From Octopus bimaculoides (lineage: Eukaryota), in contig NC_068984.1 in the NCBI RefSeq assembly GCF_001194135.2, positions 61,129,445 to 61,193,444 on the forward strand: 64,000 bases of DNA, written 5' to 3'. The translations under genes were made by a program, and so were the position numbers. The notes under the pieces are model-generated. The model saw nothing but the letters and a program-made list of their open reading frames with translations. It was not told the DNA's origin and did no database searches. Positions 36,791 through 50,423 of the stretch are shown piece by piece. How positions within the stretch are numbered: position 1 is the first letter of the stretch; the number at the start of each line of letters is the position of its first letter.

Positions 36791-38829
36791 CACACACACA
36801 CACACGCACACACACACTCTCACACACACACACACAGACACACACACACACATACACACCCACACCCACCCAAACACACACCCCCACACACAACACACAT
36901 ATACACATGTATACATACTCAGTCAGAATAATACAGCTTGACTATCTCACCTCCTTCATTGTATATATTTCAGCTCTGAAAATTAGGCATCTTTTTGTTC
37001 GTAAAAATATAATAAACTATTTCATTGGGATGACATATAATTATATCTAATGTGGTTTACGATGCTAGCGACAGAAATGATGCAAAGTAGCGATGCAGGA
37101 AAAACAAGTTGATCATACTTCAATTTTAATCGAATAATGGTGATTAAGGAAGATCGGTTATTCATGGCAAAGAATAGATACTATTGCAGTTGAAAAAAAA
37201 AAATGAAAAAAATGAAAAAAGATATTCTTGTGGTTTTAAAAACATTCAGCCATGCGTTCTTGGAAGGAATCTAAAGAACTTTAGTCTACGAAGAGAAATT
37301 TCTCCTATTGATTTCATTATTGCAGAAGAATAACGCCGTTATACAAAACTTCAGAAGTAGACTACCACACACTAGGTTTATACCCGCAATAGAGTTGAAG
37401 TCAATATAAACCCGAATATTCTATGTCTTTTGAGCAATTTTGTCGTATGTCCAAGGTTCTGTTTCTTTAGAAATAGGTTATATAGCATTTTGGGAAGAAA
37501 CATCAGCGAATTATTTCAGAACGCTTGTTGATGTCGGATCCAATTTGTTTAAAACTAATGCCTCCAAGTACGTTTTTAATATCTAAAGGGAATATTTGGT
37601 TAAGTTTCACAAATATTGTGTGAATTATTTTCTTATTCAAGTCAATCCCACTGAAAAGTTTTTTTTTAGATCATGAAATCACGAGGCGTGACAGTCTTCA
37701 ATGTTTTCGTTTTTCTTGGTTTTCCAGCACCGCTTTGTGTTTTCTACATAAATGTTGAGGGTAGCTGAATGTATACTTTCATAAATGGAGATACAAGCTG
37801 ACACACGCACCTTTCTAAACATGAATGATTCTAATAGGGCAATGTATGGCTATTGTAAAGGGGATTTTAATCTATGAGGTAATCGGAGACCCATTTGCTC
37901 AGCTCTCGTGTTATGTTTCAGCTCATAATGTATAATTTCATAGTTAACCAAGTCAAACATTTTGACAAAAGCAAAATACACATAACTAACATTCTTTCAG
38001 AAAGTTTTTAAGTGGATTCTTATGTTGTACGTGTACCTGGTATTATCTTCCGGGAGGAAAAGGGGTTGGATATTGTTAAAAAGGATTTTGATGTCTAAAA
38101 AAATCTATTATACTTTTTTATGTAAATATTCAAAGATTCATTAGAAGTATAAGTGACAGCGATCGTCAATTATTTGTAGGAATCAATATTTTCATTAACA
38201 TAAACGATATATTCCTTCAGCGTGTGTGTTTGTGAGGGGTGGGGGGAGTACTACTTTAAGATACCATGTTTTACATTGATTTACTCTCATTGTATCATAT
38301 ATTCGCAAATATACATATGGCATGCACGTGGAAAGAATGCTGGCATGACATGCGACATGAATGGAGCTCTAACATCAGTAACGGAAAACGTGAAGTAGAG
38401 CTATGAGTTGAAATGCAATTATGCTGAAAGAACGTACATTTACAAAGGAATGAAAAATTACTACCTAAATACTACCGATAAATTTTAATATAGACATAAA
38501 TATATATACACGCTACGATGCATTTTTGATACAGTTATTTTGCGTTAGTAAACATAATATCATCATAAATACAATGATCTTATTTATGTTTATGTGTCGT
38601 CAAAAGTTGAGCCCATCTCATTCGCATTATTGTCACTCTTTTGATGCAAACCGCGTGAAAGAGGTTTATTCTTTGTTTATATATAATATGCAGTTATTAT
38701 TATTAAATATTGTTACATATAAAATGAGAGTCAAGCGAAGTAAGCTGATATGCTGATATATAATAGTAATGGAATTTTAGTATTACTTATGTTAATGAAA
38801 TGGGCATTTATAAACAAAAACGCCACACC

Positions 38830-39790
38830 GCATTTATTTTGTCGTAACTTCCACAGAAATGGATATTTTTCAATGATATTTTCTACAAATATGCTTCACA
38901 GAGAGTACATTCCAATTACATCTGAATTTGTTGTGAAAAAAATGTATTCAGAGAGGTGAGAGAGGAGATTCCGACAATTTACATGGATCGGATTTCTTAC
39001 CTTATAGAAAAGTAGATATTATTAAATAAAGATTTCGACAAATATCTTTGAGAGTGCTTATGTTACGATTATATCATAGTTTGATACGGGTACAACATTT
39101 GGTGGGATAGCACACATTCGTACTCACAGTTATGTTATTTCATTCCAAAAATATATCATCACAACAAATTCCAATATAATCCTAATCTGAAGCATATTTG
39201 TAGAAAATTTCATTAAAGATATCCAAGTTTCTGAAAGTTATAGGGAAAGACATTCGTTAGGGCACATATGTGTAGGTGTGCTTCAGCTATATCTGGTTGA
39301 TATTTCATACAAACACAAACGTGCCCCAACTATTTTGTTTCGTAATAACTTCCAGAAAACTTGATAGTTTTAAATGAAGTTTTCTACAAATATGTTTCAG
39401 GTTGTGTAGATTTAAATTACGTCTGAACCACTTGTAAAAATATGTATTCGTTGGGTGGGCAGATTCAGAAACTTTACACGGATCTGTTTTGTTTCCTGAT
39501 AACTTTCAGAAAAGTAGGTATTTTAAATGATACTTTCGATAGTTTAGATTACGGCTACATCAGAATTAAATACGCAAATAAAACTTAGAAGAATAGCACA
39601 CAAGCATACTGAAAATTATTACATTTTGTTTTCGAAGAATATGTAATCAAAACAAATGTTAACATATCCAGACACTTCACCATCCAAAGTGTATTTGTAG
39701 AAAATTTTATTATAAAATGCCTATTTCTCTGAAAGTTATGATAAAAGAATTTCGTTGGGCCACTTATGTATAGGTATTCTTCAGCTAACT
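38830..39790. repeat. Tandem pair of ~500-bp foldback (MITE-like) units
   Basis: Exact 20-bp IR at 38879-38898/39188-39207; second IR at 39380-39392/39692-39704; direct repeat 39228-39289 vs 39726-39787. Confidence 0.8.
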
Positions 39791-39839
39791 CAAGTTGGTT
39801 GCTGTATATTGTTACACATCCGTTAGCAGGAGTCCATAG

Positions 39840-40445
39840 TAAACATGCAATTTCGGCTGGTTATTCTCGATATTGCTCCAATCCGGCCAGTCCCAAGAAA
39901 AAACTAAGCTAAAAGCATTAGATTCCTTGGAAGAAAGCAGCGAATGTTTACAAAAACAAGGATGGAAAAAAGCGAACAATGTTACACAAATACAATAAAA
40001 ATAATTAAACAGGACATAACAACAGAGGTCTTTCGACTAAGGACGAATTAAATTAAGCTGACATGTGTGGGAATAAGACTTTACGGCAGGAATACAAGAT
40101 TTCACAGGCACAGTGAGGAATAACGATGTTACACGCACAACGGCCGGCCAAGAAAGAAAGATCACGCTTGGCCGAACGCCGGTCATGTGGGAAGAGAAGA
40201 GAGGGAGGTAGAAACAGAGAGACAAAAGAATTAGGGAAGGTCGAGAAAAATGACAGGGACACAGTGAAGTGAAAAGGGAAGAGAAAGAAGAAAGGTCAAG
40301 GGAATGTGAGCGAGGGTAAACGAAGGAACGAACAGTGGAATGAACGAATAAGGGTGAAGGGGCTGATAGACAGAAATAGAGCCATACAAGATTTAGAAAA
40401 ATGTATACTTACATATAAGAGACAAGTTGGACGTACGCCGCTATA
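39840..40445 (-). repeat. ~600-bp unclassified interspersed repeat, copy 1
   Basis: Diverged reverse complement of 46692-47330 (shared GTCCTTAGTCGAAAGAC, CACTTCACTGTGTCCCTGTCATTTT, GCGGCGTACGT). Confidence 0.8.
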
Positions 40446-41663
40446 TATNNNNNNNNNNNNNNNNNNNNNNNNNNNNNNNNNNNNNNNNNNNNNNNNNNNN
40501 NNNNNNNNNNNNNNNNNNNNNNNNNNNNNNNNNNNNNNNNNNNNNNNNNNNNNNNNNNNNNNNNNNNNNNNNNNNNNNNNNNNNNNNNNNNNNNNNNNNN
40601 NNNNNNNNNNNNNNNNNNNNNNNNNNNNNNNNNNNNNNNNNNNNNNNNNNNNNNNNNNNNNNNNNNNNNNNNNNNNNNNNNNNNNNNNNNNNNNNNNNNN
40701 NNNNNNNNNNNNNNNNNNNNNNNNNNNNNNNNNNNNNNNNNNNNNNNNNNNNNNNNNNNNNNNNNNNNNNNNNNNNNNNNNNNNNNNNNNNNNNNNNNNN
40801 NNNNNNNNNNNNNNNNNNNNNNNNNNNNNNNNNNNNNNNNNNNNNNNNNNNNNNNNNNNNNNNNNNNNNNNNNNNNNNNNNNNNNNNNNNNNNNNNNNNN
40901 NNNNNNNNNNNNNNNNNNNNNNNNNNNNNNNNNNNNNNNNNNNNNNNNNNNNNNNNNNNNNNNNNNNNNNNNNNNNNNNNNNNNNNNNNNNNNNNNNNNN
41001 NNNNNNNNNNNNNNNNNNNNNNNNNNNNNNNNNNNNNNNNNNNNNNNNNNNNNNNNNNNNNNNNNNNNNNNNNNNNNNNNNNNNNNNNNNNNNNNNNNNN
41101 NNNNNNNNNNNNNNNNNNNNNNNNNNNNNNNNNNNNNNNNNNNNNNNNNNNNNNNNNNNNNNNNNNNNNNNNNNNNNNNNNNNNNNNNNNNNNNNNNNNN
41201 NNNNNNNNNNNNNNNNNNNNNNNNNNNNNNNNNNNNNNNNNNNNNNNNNNNNNNNNNNNNNNNNNNNNNNNNNNNNNNNNNNNNNNNNNNNNNNNNNNNN
41301 NNNNNNNNNNNNNNNNNNNNNNNNNNNNNNNNNNNNNNNNNNNNNNNNNNNNNNNNNNNNNNNNNNNNNNNNNNNNNNNNNNNNNNNNNNNNNNNNNNNN
41401 NNNNNNNNNNNNNNCACACACACTCAGCCACATACGCACACCAGTTATATGAGAGTATATGGCAAATACTGGTGGTCTGCAAGGGTAAAATTTGATTATT
41501 TGTAGGAAACGAAATACCTATTTATTTATCTATTTATCTTCACACGCACGCGCGCACACACACACACATACACACACACACACACACACATGCATAAGCG
41601 TTTTGTATGTGTGTGTCTGTGTTTGTTTAAGTACCCACACACATGCATACACGTTCATATATA

Positions 41664-41829
41664 TCTGTGTGGTAAGTAGCTAGCTTACCAGCCACATGGT
41701 CCCGGGTTCAGTCCCACTGCGCGGCATCTTGGGCAAGTGTCTTCTACTATAGCCTCGGGCCGACCAAAGCCTTGTGAGTGGATTTGGTATACGGAAACTA
41801 AAAGAAGCCCGTCGTATATATGTATATAT
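41664..41829 (+). mobile_element. Family B SINE head running into (TA)n and a gap
   Basis: TGTGGTAAGTAGC..GGGTTCAGTCCC (box B-like)..CTTGGGCAAGTGTCTTCTACTATAGCC..GAAGCCCGTCGTATATAT. Confidence 0.85.
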
Positions 41830-42695
41830 NNNNNNNNNNNNNNNNNNNNNNNNNNNNNNNNNNNNNNNNNNNNNNNNNNNNNNNNNNNNNNNNNNNNNNN
41901 NNNNNNNNNNNNNNNNNNNNNNNNNNNNNNNNNNNNNNNNNNNNNNNNNNNNNNNNNNNNNNNNNNNNNNNNNNNNNNNNNNNNNNNNNNNNNNNNNNNN
42001 NNNNNNNNNNNNNNNNNNNNNNNNNNNNNNNNNNNNNNNNNNNNNNNNNNNNNNNNNNNNNNNNNNNNNNNNNNNNNNNNNNNNNNNNNNNNNNNNNNNN
42101 NNNNNNNNNNNNNNNNNNNNNNNNNNNNNNNNNNNNNNNNNNNNNNNNNNNNNNNNNNNNNNNNNNNNNNNNNNNNNNNNNNNNNNNNNNNNNNNNNNNN
42201 NNNNNNNNNNNNNNNNNNNNNNNNNNNNNNNNNNNNNNNNNNNNNNNNNNNNNNNNNNNNNNNNNNNNNNNNNNNNNNNNNNNNNNNNNNNNNNNNNNNN
42301 NNNNNNNNNNNNNNNNNNNNNNNNNNNNNNNNNNNNNNNNNNNNNNNNNNNNNNNNNNNNNNNNNNNNNNNNNNNNNNNNNNNNNNNNNNNNNNNNNNNN
42401 NNNNNNNNNNNNNNNNNNNNNNNNNNNNNNNNNNNNNNNNNNNNNNNNNNNNNNNNNNNNNNNNNNNNNNNNNNNNNNNNNNNNNNNNNNNNNNNNNNNN
42501 NNNNNNNNNNNNNNNNNNNNNNNNNNNNNNNNNNNNNNNNNNNNNNNNNNNNNNNNNNNNNNNNNNNNNNNNNNNNNNNNNNNNNNNNNNNNNNNNNNNN
42601 NNNNNNNNNNNNNNNNNNNNNNNNNNNNNNNNNNNNNNNNNNNNNNNNNNNNNNNNNNNNNNNNNNNNNNNNNNNNNNNNNNNNNNNNNNNNNNN

Positions 42696-42759
<64 letters not shown>

Positions 42760-43278
42760 AAGAGAGAGAGATACATACCTATATACATATATAGTTCTTG
42801 AGATTTTTGAATAAATCTGGAAACGTTCTTATGTAGAATTAACTGTTTCATATGGCTTATTATGCGATATACCAGTTTACTATTACGCCAACATGAATGT
42901 TTACGCAAACTTTTATGTACTCTTAATATCTCTGAACTTAACATCTCTTCGTAAACAACATTGGCATTTTAATATTTCTAATGTCGAGTGTCTTAATGAT
43001 ACACATCTATAAGATAAGCAAAATTATTGGTGCTTCAACCTTCAAATAGTGATTTTGTTTCGTATGATAATGCATACAGTACAAGGTGTTTTCAGAAATA
43101 TTTCGTGATTACTACTTGGAAATGTCAGAATCAAAATGAGCCAGGTTGTCTATAATAAGTAGAATTCTATTTTACAGTCAGTTCAATATGAATTCTGTAA
43201 ATATGAATATAAAATTATATTTGAACGCGACCTCAGGTTCATCTCCTTTTCCGCTCTTTCACAATTTCTTTCTTTCTT

Positions 43279-43346
<68 letters not shown>

Positions 43347-44189
43347 ACTCTCTCTGTCTCTTTTTGTCATTACTCACTGAATAAATATGCACATTTATAT
43401 ATATGTCTGTCTGCTGTCTATCTATCAATTTATCTATCGATTTATTTATTGTTACAATGTACAGAAAACAAAAGACAAGAACAAGTGAGGGACAACAAGC
43501 AGATATATTAGCTTGACGCTCAGGGAGAATGGAAACGTCTTTGACATTTCGAGCCTAATGAGTTAGAGAAAAACGGGGAGAGTTAAAAATGTGTCGGAAT
43601 TAAAAGTGTAACATGATGGAATACATATATACGTGCATACACACACACACACGTAGAATTAATGTAGACAGCAGTTTGGTTTGCAGTCTTTCACCATAAA
43701 GGAAAGCTATAATCATCACTAAATGTGACTAGGGTGTTAGAAACACCTACATTGCTAGAAATAAGAACTAAAATGCTGTACTACTGTAGTCAAAGCACAT
43801 AATTGTATACGTATATATTGACAGGGGCAGTAATTGTCCGAAAACACTGTTCAAGAATTTCTTATGCTACAGTCAGTTTCCACAATTTCTGTTGTGTCAT
43901 CAGAAGGAACTGCCTCGACTTCGACAAAATTCCGAATTTAATTCTCTATCAATATATATATACACCTATACACCCATATATATCTATATCTATATCTATC
44001 TATATATATATCAATATATATACACCCATACACCATATTAAGAATAAACTCTTTCAACGTAAAAATAATCGTAAATACTTAATGACTATTATATGCAATA
44101 AAAAAAAAACTATGCACGAATCTCAAACGAACTACATGAACAGAACACCATAAAATAAGCATTAATAATATTTACTATTTAATTAAATG

Positions 44190-45960
44190 ATCATTGTCTT
44201 TTCCAGTGAAAGTGAGGTAAACTTTGTCGTGATTTCTGTACATTTAATATGAATTGTGCCTATTTTCGTAGCCTATGCTGACTTCAGAAACTTTTGTCAC
44301 TAAATTGATAGCATGCGCGACACCTTGGCTATGACAGGAAAGAGGTATTGCTATTAATGATTCTGAACGAGCTTTCAGAAGATCAACATTTGTAATGCTC
44401 CATAAAACTAGAGGGGATGTTATAACTTCATTTTTTCAGTTAATCAAATCAACATAATCCTGTGCTTCAAAATCAATTTTGCTTGGCTGTTTGAAATTTC
44501 TTAATTCTAGATGGGGAATTCGAGGAAAACTTTTTGCTTTAATAGTTCGCTGAATTGCTACATCCCTAATTTGTCTTCTTCCATCATTCGGCATAGTCAG
44601 TAAAATATTCTCTGGATGAGCAAAATACTAATTAGCTTTTAACGATTTCCCCATAACTTCTTTATGATCTTGGTTCATATCTTGCATTAGATGTGCTATA
44701 TACCAGAAATTGCTTGATCCTTCGTGTAACTTTGGGTGAGATTTAATCCAGAACCAGCTTGGAGCATAAACTTGCGTTATGATCTTAACAAAATCCATAA
44801 TATACTTTTGGGAATTTTTTACCGATACATATAAGTCAAGAATTCTGTTTGCACGTGTTAACCACCTTGCATGATGGGTTTTACCAGGTGATCTTGCTGA
44901 TAACTGCTCAGAAACAAACCCAGTCTCAATACTGAGGCACATTTCATAGACATATTTTTGATCTGAACTTAAAGTATCAACAACTTCTAATGGCAATTCC
45001 TTTCGCTTTAGTTTTTGCTGGAGAAAATATGATTATCTTTAAGTTTGTTACATCTTCTTTAATTTTATTGTCAATTAAGCCTTTTGATGTTCGTCGGCCT
45101 GTTGTTTTTCCATCTATGGATTCAAATACGTGTCGAAATGGAAGCTCATTTGTATGTAGCAGGCATTCAACCACTGAAGTGGTTTATCTAACTATAATTC
45201 AATTATTTTACTTACCCCTCCCATTTGACCAGTGTTTACTGGAGTGCCATCACAATGCAGCCTTTAAACTTTCTTGACTGTCAGAATAGATTATAAAAGT
45301 AATAATTTTTTTCTGCAATGTAGCGAGCTGCTCCATTATATGGGGAAACGTCATCTAAATGCCCATCACCGGGCTCTTTCACAATAAGATAGTGCTATTT
45401 ACTTTCCATCAATCTTTCTGTTTTAGTTTCATCCTTTCTGCTATCAAAGCTGATGAACTCGAGCTTTGTATTTTTTGTTTTCATTTTTATAATATTGTTT
45501 TTTTCCAACACTTTTTTTTTCTCATTGAACTGATAACTAGTTGTAGCAGCATCCATGCCTAAGCGGCTCTTTCTGCAGTTCTTTTTCTACCTGAAGTGAT
45601 TTCTCTATATACAGGTCCTAACTAATTAAGTGTTTTTTTTTTCTGTCCAACAAATGATTCTCTTTCCATTATTGGAATTCTTATGTCACACCCACAGTCA
45701 GATCATTTTATTTGATTGTCATATCACGTGCCGGTGCCTATATCAAACATTTCATTGAGCACTTTTAATTTCTTATCAAAACTATTTTCTCTTTGCTTGA
45801 TAGTTATTTTGTTCTCTCAATTTTTAGAGCTATTCACTCAAACCCAATATAAGGAAAAGAAAATTTGTCCCATATTATTTGCACATCTGCAGCAACCATC
45901 CGGTAGTTTTCTTTTGCAGTGGGGGAAATTTTTGATATCTGCTCTTCACGTTTTCTTATG
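44190..45960 (-). mobile_element. Decayed hAT-superfamily (hATm-like) transposase
   Basis: FDSRKDET (~45426-45448), CDGTPVNTG..GG (45228-45254), QW.ECLLHTNELPFRH..DGKTTG, LSSDQKY..HARWLTRANRIL.LY..VYAPSWF.IK, PCHSQGV; stops and frameshifts; TIRs not identified; subfamily call from recall. Confidence 0.75.
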
Positions 45961-46566
45961 CATAAACGGTGCAGGAATGTATCAGTCTTTGATGGGGTCA
46001 TTGCTGTAGGAAATTCTGCAGGAATTCCAAATGCTGAATTACGGCTTTTACTCTTAGTTGCTATTATATAATATTATATACTTAAATTATTACAGCTTAA
46101 ATTTATGTAAGTATTTTTGTAACATTATAATACTATTTAGATCTGAAATAATCTGAAAAACAAAAGAAAATCATTTAACAAATGCATATATTTTCTAAAA
46201 AGAAATAATTTAACACATATTATTAAGTTGTAATTTTACCATGTTGGAGGGGTACCTACCTATCAATTGTTTTATATCTCAAGGTTTTTGCTATCTTTTT
46301 TCATCAGATGTTTTAAACAAGGTTTCTACAGTGAAATATGATCAAATGTTCCATATCCAAAGGCAACTTAGTATATATATATGTTAGAGATTATATGATT
46401 AATATAGAAAATTAGGGTGCTTAATTGTGTGAGATGTATGCGATGGGTACGGAGGGTGACATAACCCTAATTTTGATATATTTTATTTAAAATACTATTT
46501 GAAACTCCGTGCATACAATGGAATTAAGGTTCCTTAAACATGGTTGTGTTTCGCGCTCCACGATAT

Positions 46567-46609
<43 letters not shown>

Positions 46610-46691
46610 TAGTCATATATACATATACATATACATACATACATATAAAAATACAGACACACATGTATATGTGTTTTGTTATACATAAAAA

Positions 46692-47330
46692 ATATAGCGG
46701 CGTACGTACACTTTGGTCTCTTATATGTAAGTGTATATTTATCTAAATCTTGTCCGACTCTATTCTCTCTATTCTTTCATTCTTTCCTTCTTTCTATCAC
46801 CCCTTTCTCGCTTACTTCGTTCATTCCACTCTTCGTTCTTTCGTCCCCCCCTCTCTCACATTTCCGGCCTTCTCTTCATGCTCACTTTCCCTCTTCTTTT
46901 CACTTCACTGTGTCCCTGTCATTTTGTTCTCACTCCTTCCTTATTTCTTCTATCCATCTGCCTCTACCTCTCTCTTCTCTCCCCACGTGACCAGAGTTCG
47001 GCCAAGCCTGACCTTTCTTTCTTTGTTCGACTACCATCCGTGCAACATCTATATTCCTCCCTCTGCCTGTCAAATCTTGTGTCCCTCCCTAGGGCTTTAC
47101 TTCCACACATGCCAGCTTAATGTAACTCGTCCTTAGTCGAAAGACATCTGTGTTTATGTTATGTTATTTGTATTTGTGTAACATTCTTCCTTTTTTTCGT
47201 CCTTGCTTTCGTATACATTCGCTGCTTTCTTTCAAGGAATCTAATGCTCTTATCTTAGTTTTTCCTTGGAGCTGGCCAGATTGGAACTCGACTACTGAGG
47301 ATAGTAAACTCCGAATGACCCGTGCTTATT
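46692..47330 (+). repeat. ~630-bp unclassified interspersed repeat, copy 2 (inverted relative to copy 1)
   Basis: See 39840-40445; pyrimidine-rich, begins next to (TA)n. Confidence 0.8.
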
Positions 47331-47919
47331 TTCTTTGCATCGTCTATCTGAATGTTTTGTTGTCCATTTTTTTGTATCACCTAACTGTCTGGATGTTTTG
47401 CGTTCTTGTCCCATTTCGTATTATATATATATATATNNNNNNNNNNNNNNNNNNNNNNNNNNNNNNNNNNNNNNNNNNNNNNNNNNNNNNNNNNNNNNNN
47501 NNNNNNNNNNNNNNNNNNNNNNNNNNNNNNNNNNNNNNNNNNNNNNNNNNNNNNNNNNNNNNNNNNNNNNNNNNNNNNNNNNNNNNNNNNNNNNNNNNNN
47601 NNNNNNNNNNNNNNNNNNNNNNNNNNNNNNNNNNNNNNNNNNNNNNNNNNNNNNNNNNNNNNNNNNNNNNNNNNNNNNNNNNNNNNNNNNNNNNNNNNNN
47701 NNNNNNNNNNNNNNNNNNNNNNNNNNNNNNNNNNNNNNNNNNNNNNNNNNNNNNATTCATTATAAAGAGAGAGGTGAAGAGAGAGGGAAAGGATCATAAT
47801 CATGGCTTCATCTCGACAGCCGTGCATTCAGTTTTGTTATAACGAATGTTCGCAATGGTCTGTCGTGCTTGCAAAAATCCGCCATATTTTATGAGTATAG
47901 GAGATAACGGAAAATGTAG

Positions 47920-47974
47920 ATCACTATTCATGCAATCACTATTCATGCAATCACTATTCATGCAATCACTATTC
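47920..47974. repeat. 15-bp minisatellite (ATCACTATTCATGCA) x3.7
   Basis: Three perfect copies plus a partial one. Confidence 0.95.
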
Positions 47975-48132
47975 CTATCAACTTTCAAAGATAATTCTGG
48001 CTGAGCAAACGATAAAATTGCTAAACCATCTTCGCTGATGAGAACTTTTAATGCATAAACAAGTCCAGAATTTTCTCTCATACCAAAAGAATTATTATAA
48101 TTAATAATCAATAATTTCTATCTATCTATCTA

Positions 48133-48183
<51 letters not shown>

Positions 48184-48819
48184 ACAAAATGTTATATATA
48201 TATATTGTTCGATGCTCGGAGATTATATTCCACTCTCTACAAAATGCGTTATCACTGTAGTCCAATGAAATCAATATAGCAATCTGCACGATATATTAAA
48301 TTATTTAATATATTATTCTCTTTCGTTCATCCATGGTTTGACATCCAATTCTTCCGGGGTCAACATTCATATTTCTTCTCCTAAACGTTCTGGGGTGACT
48401 ATAATTAGCATTAGTAATATGCTGTAATAGATTTAAACGCACATATGCTTTCCCTACAAATAACTCCCCTGTGTTCTGCCACGGGAAACTGATACTCTGG
48501 TATTTAATATGACAACAAATTATAATCAGTGGTGACGTTAATTAGACAACTGGCAATTATCAATTCTCTTCTGCACCCTAAAGATACAGGTTCAGTATTC
48601 GCTACTTTGAAGAGGTGTTATATAAAAACTCGATCTTCTATCCATCATTATATTAGCAGATATTCAACTACATTTCTGTTGCAGAAATAGTAATACGCAA
48701 CTTTCCAATTCTTCATGCTACATATCGTCATAAGAAGACCCCCCCCACACACACACAATCTCTTTCTCTCTCTCTCACGCACACACACATACATACATAC
48801 CCATCCATACAAACATAGA

Positions 48820-49018
48820 CACATATAATTATTGGTTTCAAATTTTGGCACAAGGCCAGCAAGTTGGGGGGATGGATAAGTACTCGACCCTAGTACTCGA
48901 CTTGCAATTAATCTACCGACTCCCAGAGGGATGAAATACAGTCGATCTCGGTGGATTTGAACTATGAACGTAAAGACGGATGAAAAACCTCTAAGCATGA
49001 TTCTGACAGCTCGGTGCC
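48820..49018 (-). mobile_element. Family A SINE
   Basis: TTTTGGCACAAGGCCAGC tail; GTCGATCTCGGTGGATTTGAACT..GACGGATGAAA body. Confidence 0.7.
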
Positions 49019-49909
49019 CTACACACACACACACACACACACACACGCGCACACACACTTTTATATAATTATTAACAAGGACAATAGCGTGAACAATTCA
49101 TTCTATTACATAATTTTAGAAGTGTTTAATCAATATTTTATCAGCAGTGCATTGTTAAAACATAAGTGAAATATCAACCATGGAGCGTCTTCACTCCACC
49201 ATTATATAATGAAAATACATGTTTTGTATGTTATGTTTTGTAGAAAACTCTTTCATTATATAATTTTCGTCGCTCAGTTAGATATATCGTTTTCATTGAC
49301 AACAAGTTAAAAATTTTATAGTAAAGTTATTGCAGCCTGAAGCTTTCTTGCTGTCTTAATTCTAATCATACTTACGTGTAAAATTTTATTATTGTTTTGT
49401 TGTTAGAATTATATTACTTCGAAAATAATTGTTACAAATAGTATTTCTTATGTAGGTCAACTTTTCATACTTTTTATAGCATTTCTTAAAGTACAATTTT
49501 CTAATCTTCATGTTCATCGTATTCAATTTAGTGCTGTTATAAACATTCCAACTCTCTATTATCGATGATGCTCTCACCATTGTTGATTGTCTAACTTATT
49601 AAGTGACAAAATTCTTTGCATTTCGCTGTAGAGCCTCATCTATGTAACTCGCGCTTCGTCAACTGACGATTGTGAAACAGCTAGTTTTCGTGTCAGTTAT
49701 TCACACACACACACACATATACAAATACTGGCACATAGTATTCAATTTTGTTAGTAACGCTTAATTTTCACAAAATATCTTGCAGTTAATCACAACTATT
49801 ACATACCCAAGATTTTGGGAAAAATGAAAGTAAGTAATTTTCAATAACCAAAAAATAAAAGCATATAAGTGAATTGACACTGAAACCCCACCAAAAGAAT
49901 AATATATTG

Positions 49910-49979
<70 letters not shown>

Positions 49980-50423
49980 ACCTACTTATACACATATACA
50001 CATATATAAGAAGTAAAAATGATTAATAAATCCAGACAGATATTTATAAAGCACTCAGTGTCATGTATGTATGTGTGTTTTCTTGTAGGAAAGTAAATAT
50101 ATATATATTCATATTTCAGCTTATATAAAATTTAAACGTCATATATCTTTATGTGGCCCTTACCAAAGTAAATCATTCTGAAATATGATGATGGTTATAA
50201 AGTTTGGTACAAGTCTACCAACTTTAGGATTTGGGGTTAATTATATTGAATCAACTCTAGTGTTCATCTGGTAATTATTTTCATCTTTTTGAACCAAAAG
50301 AAAAGATGAAGGGTAAATGCGATCTCGACCGAATTCCTTAATATAATTATAGTTTGTAAGGAAGGCACAATAGCAGCAATTTCTAGAGGAGAAGGTCAGT
50401 CAATTTCAAAGCCGAGTACTCCG

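Noticed and set aside
43520-43560. GCTCGAAATGTCAAAG on the minus strand, like an HHR 3' half
   Set aside because: The CUGANGA core is absent.
39840-47330. Treating the inverted pair as the TIRs of the hAT element
   Set aside because: hAT TIRs are short; these arms are long, diverged and kilobases from the transposase ends.
47800-48111. 103-aa minus ORF with NSDCM repeats
   Set aside because: The repeat comes from the 15-bp minisatellite; no domain was recognised.
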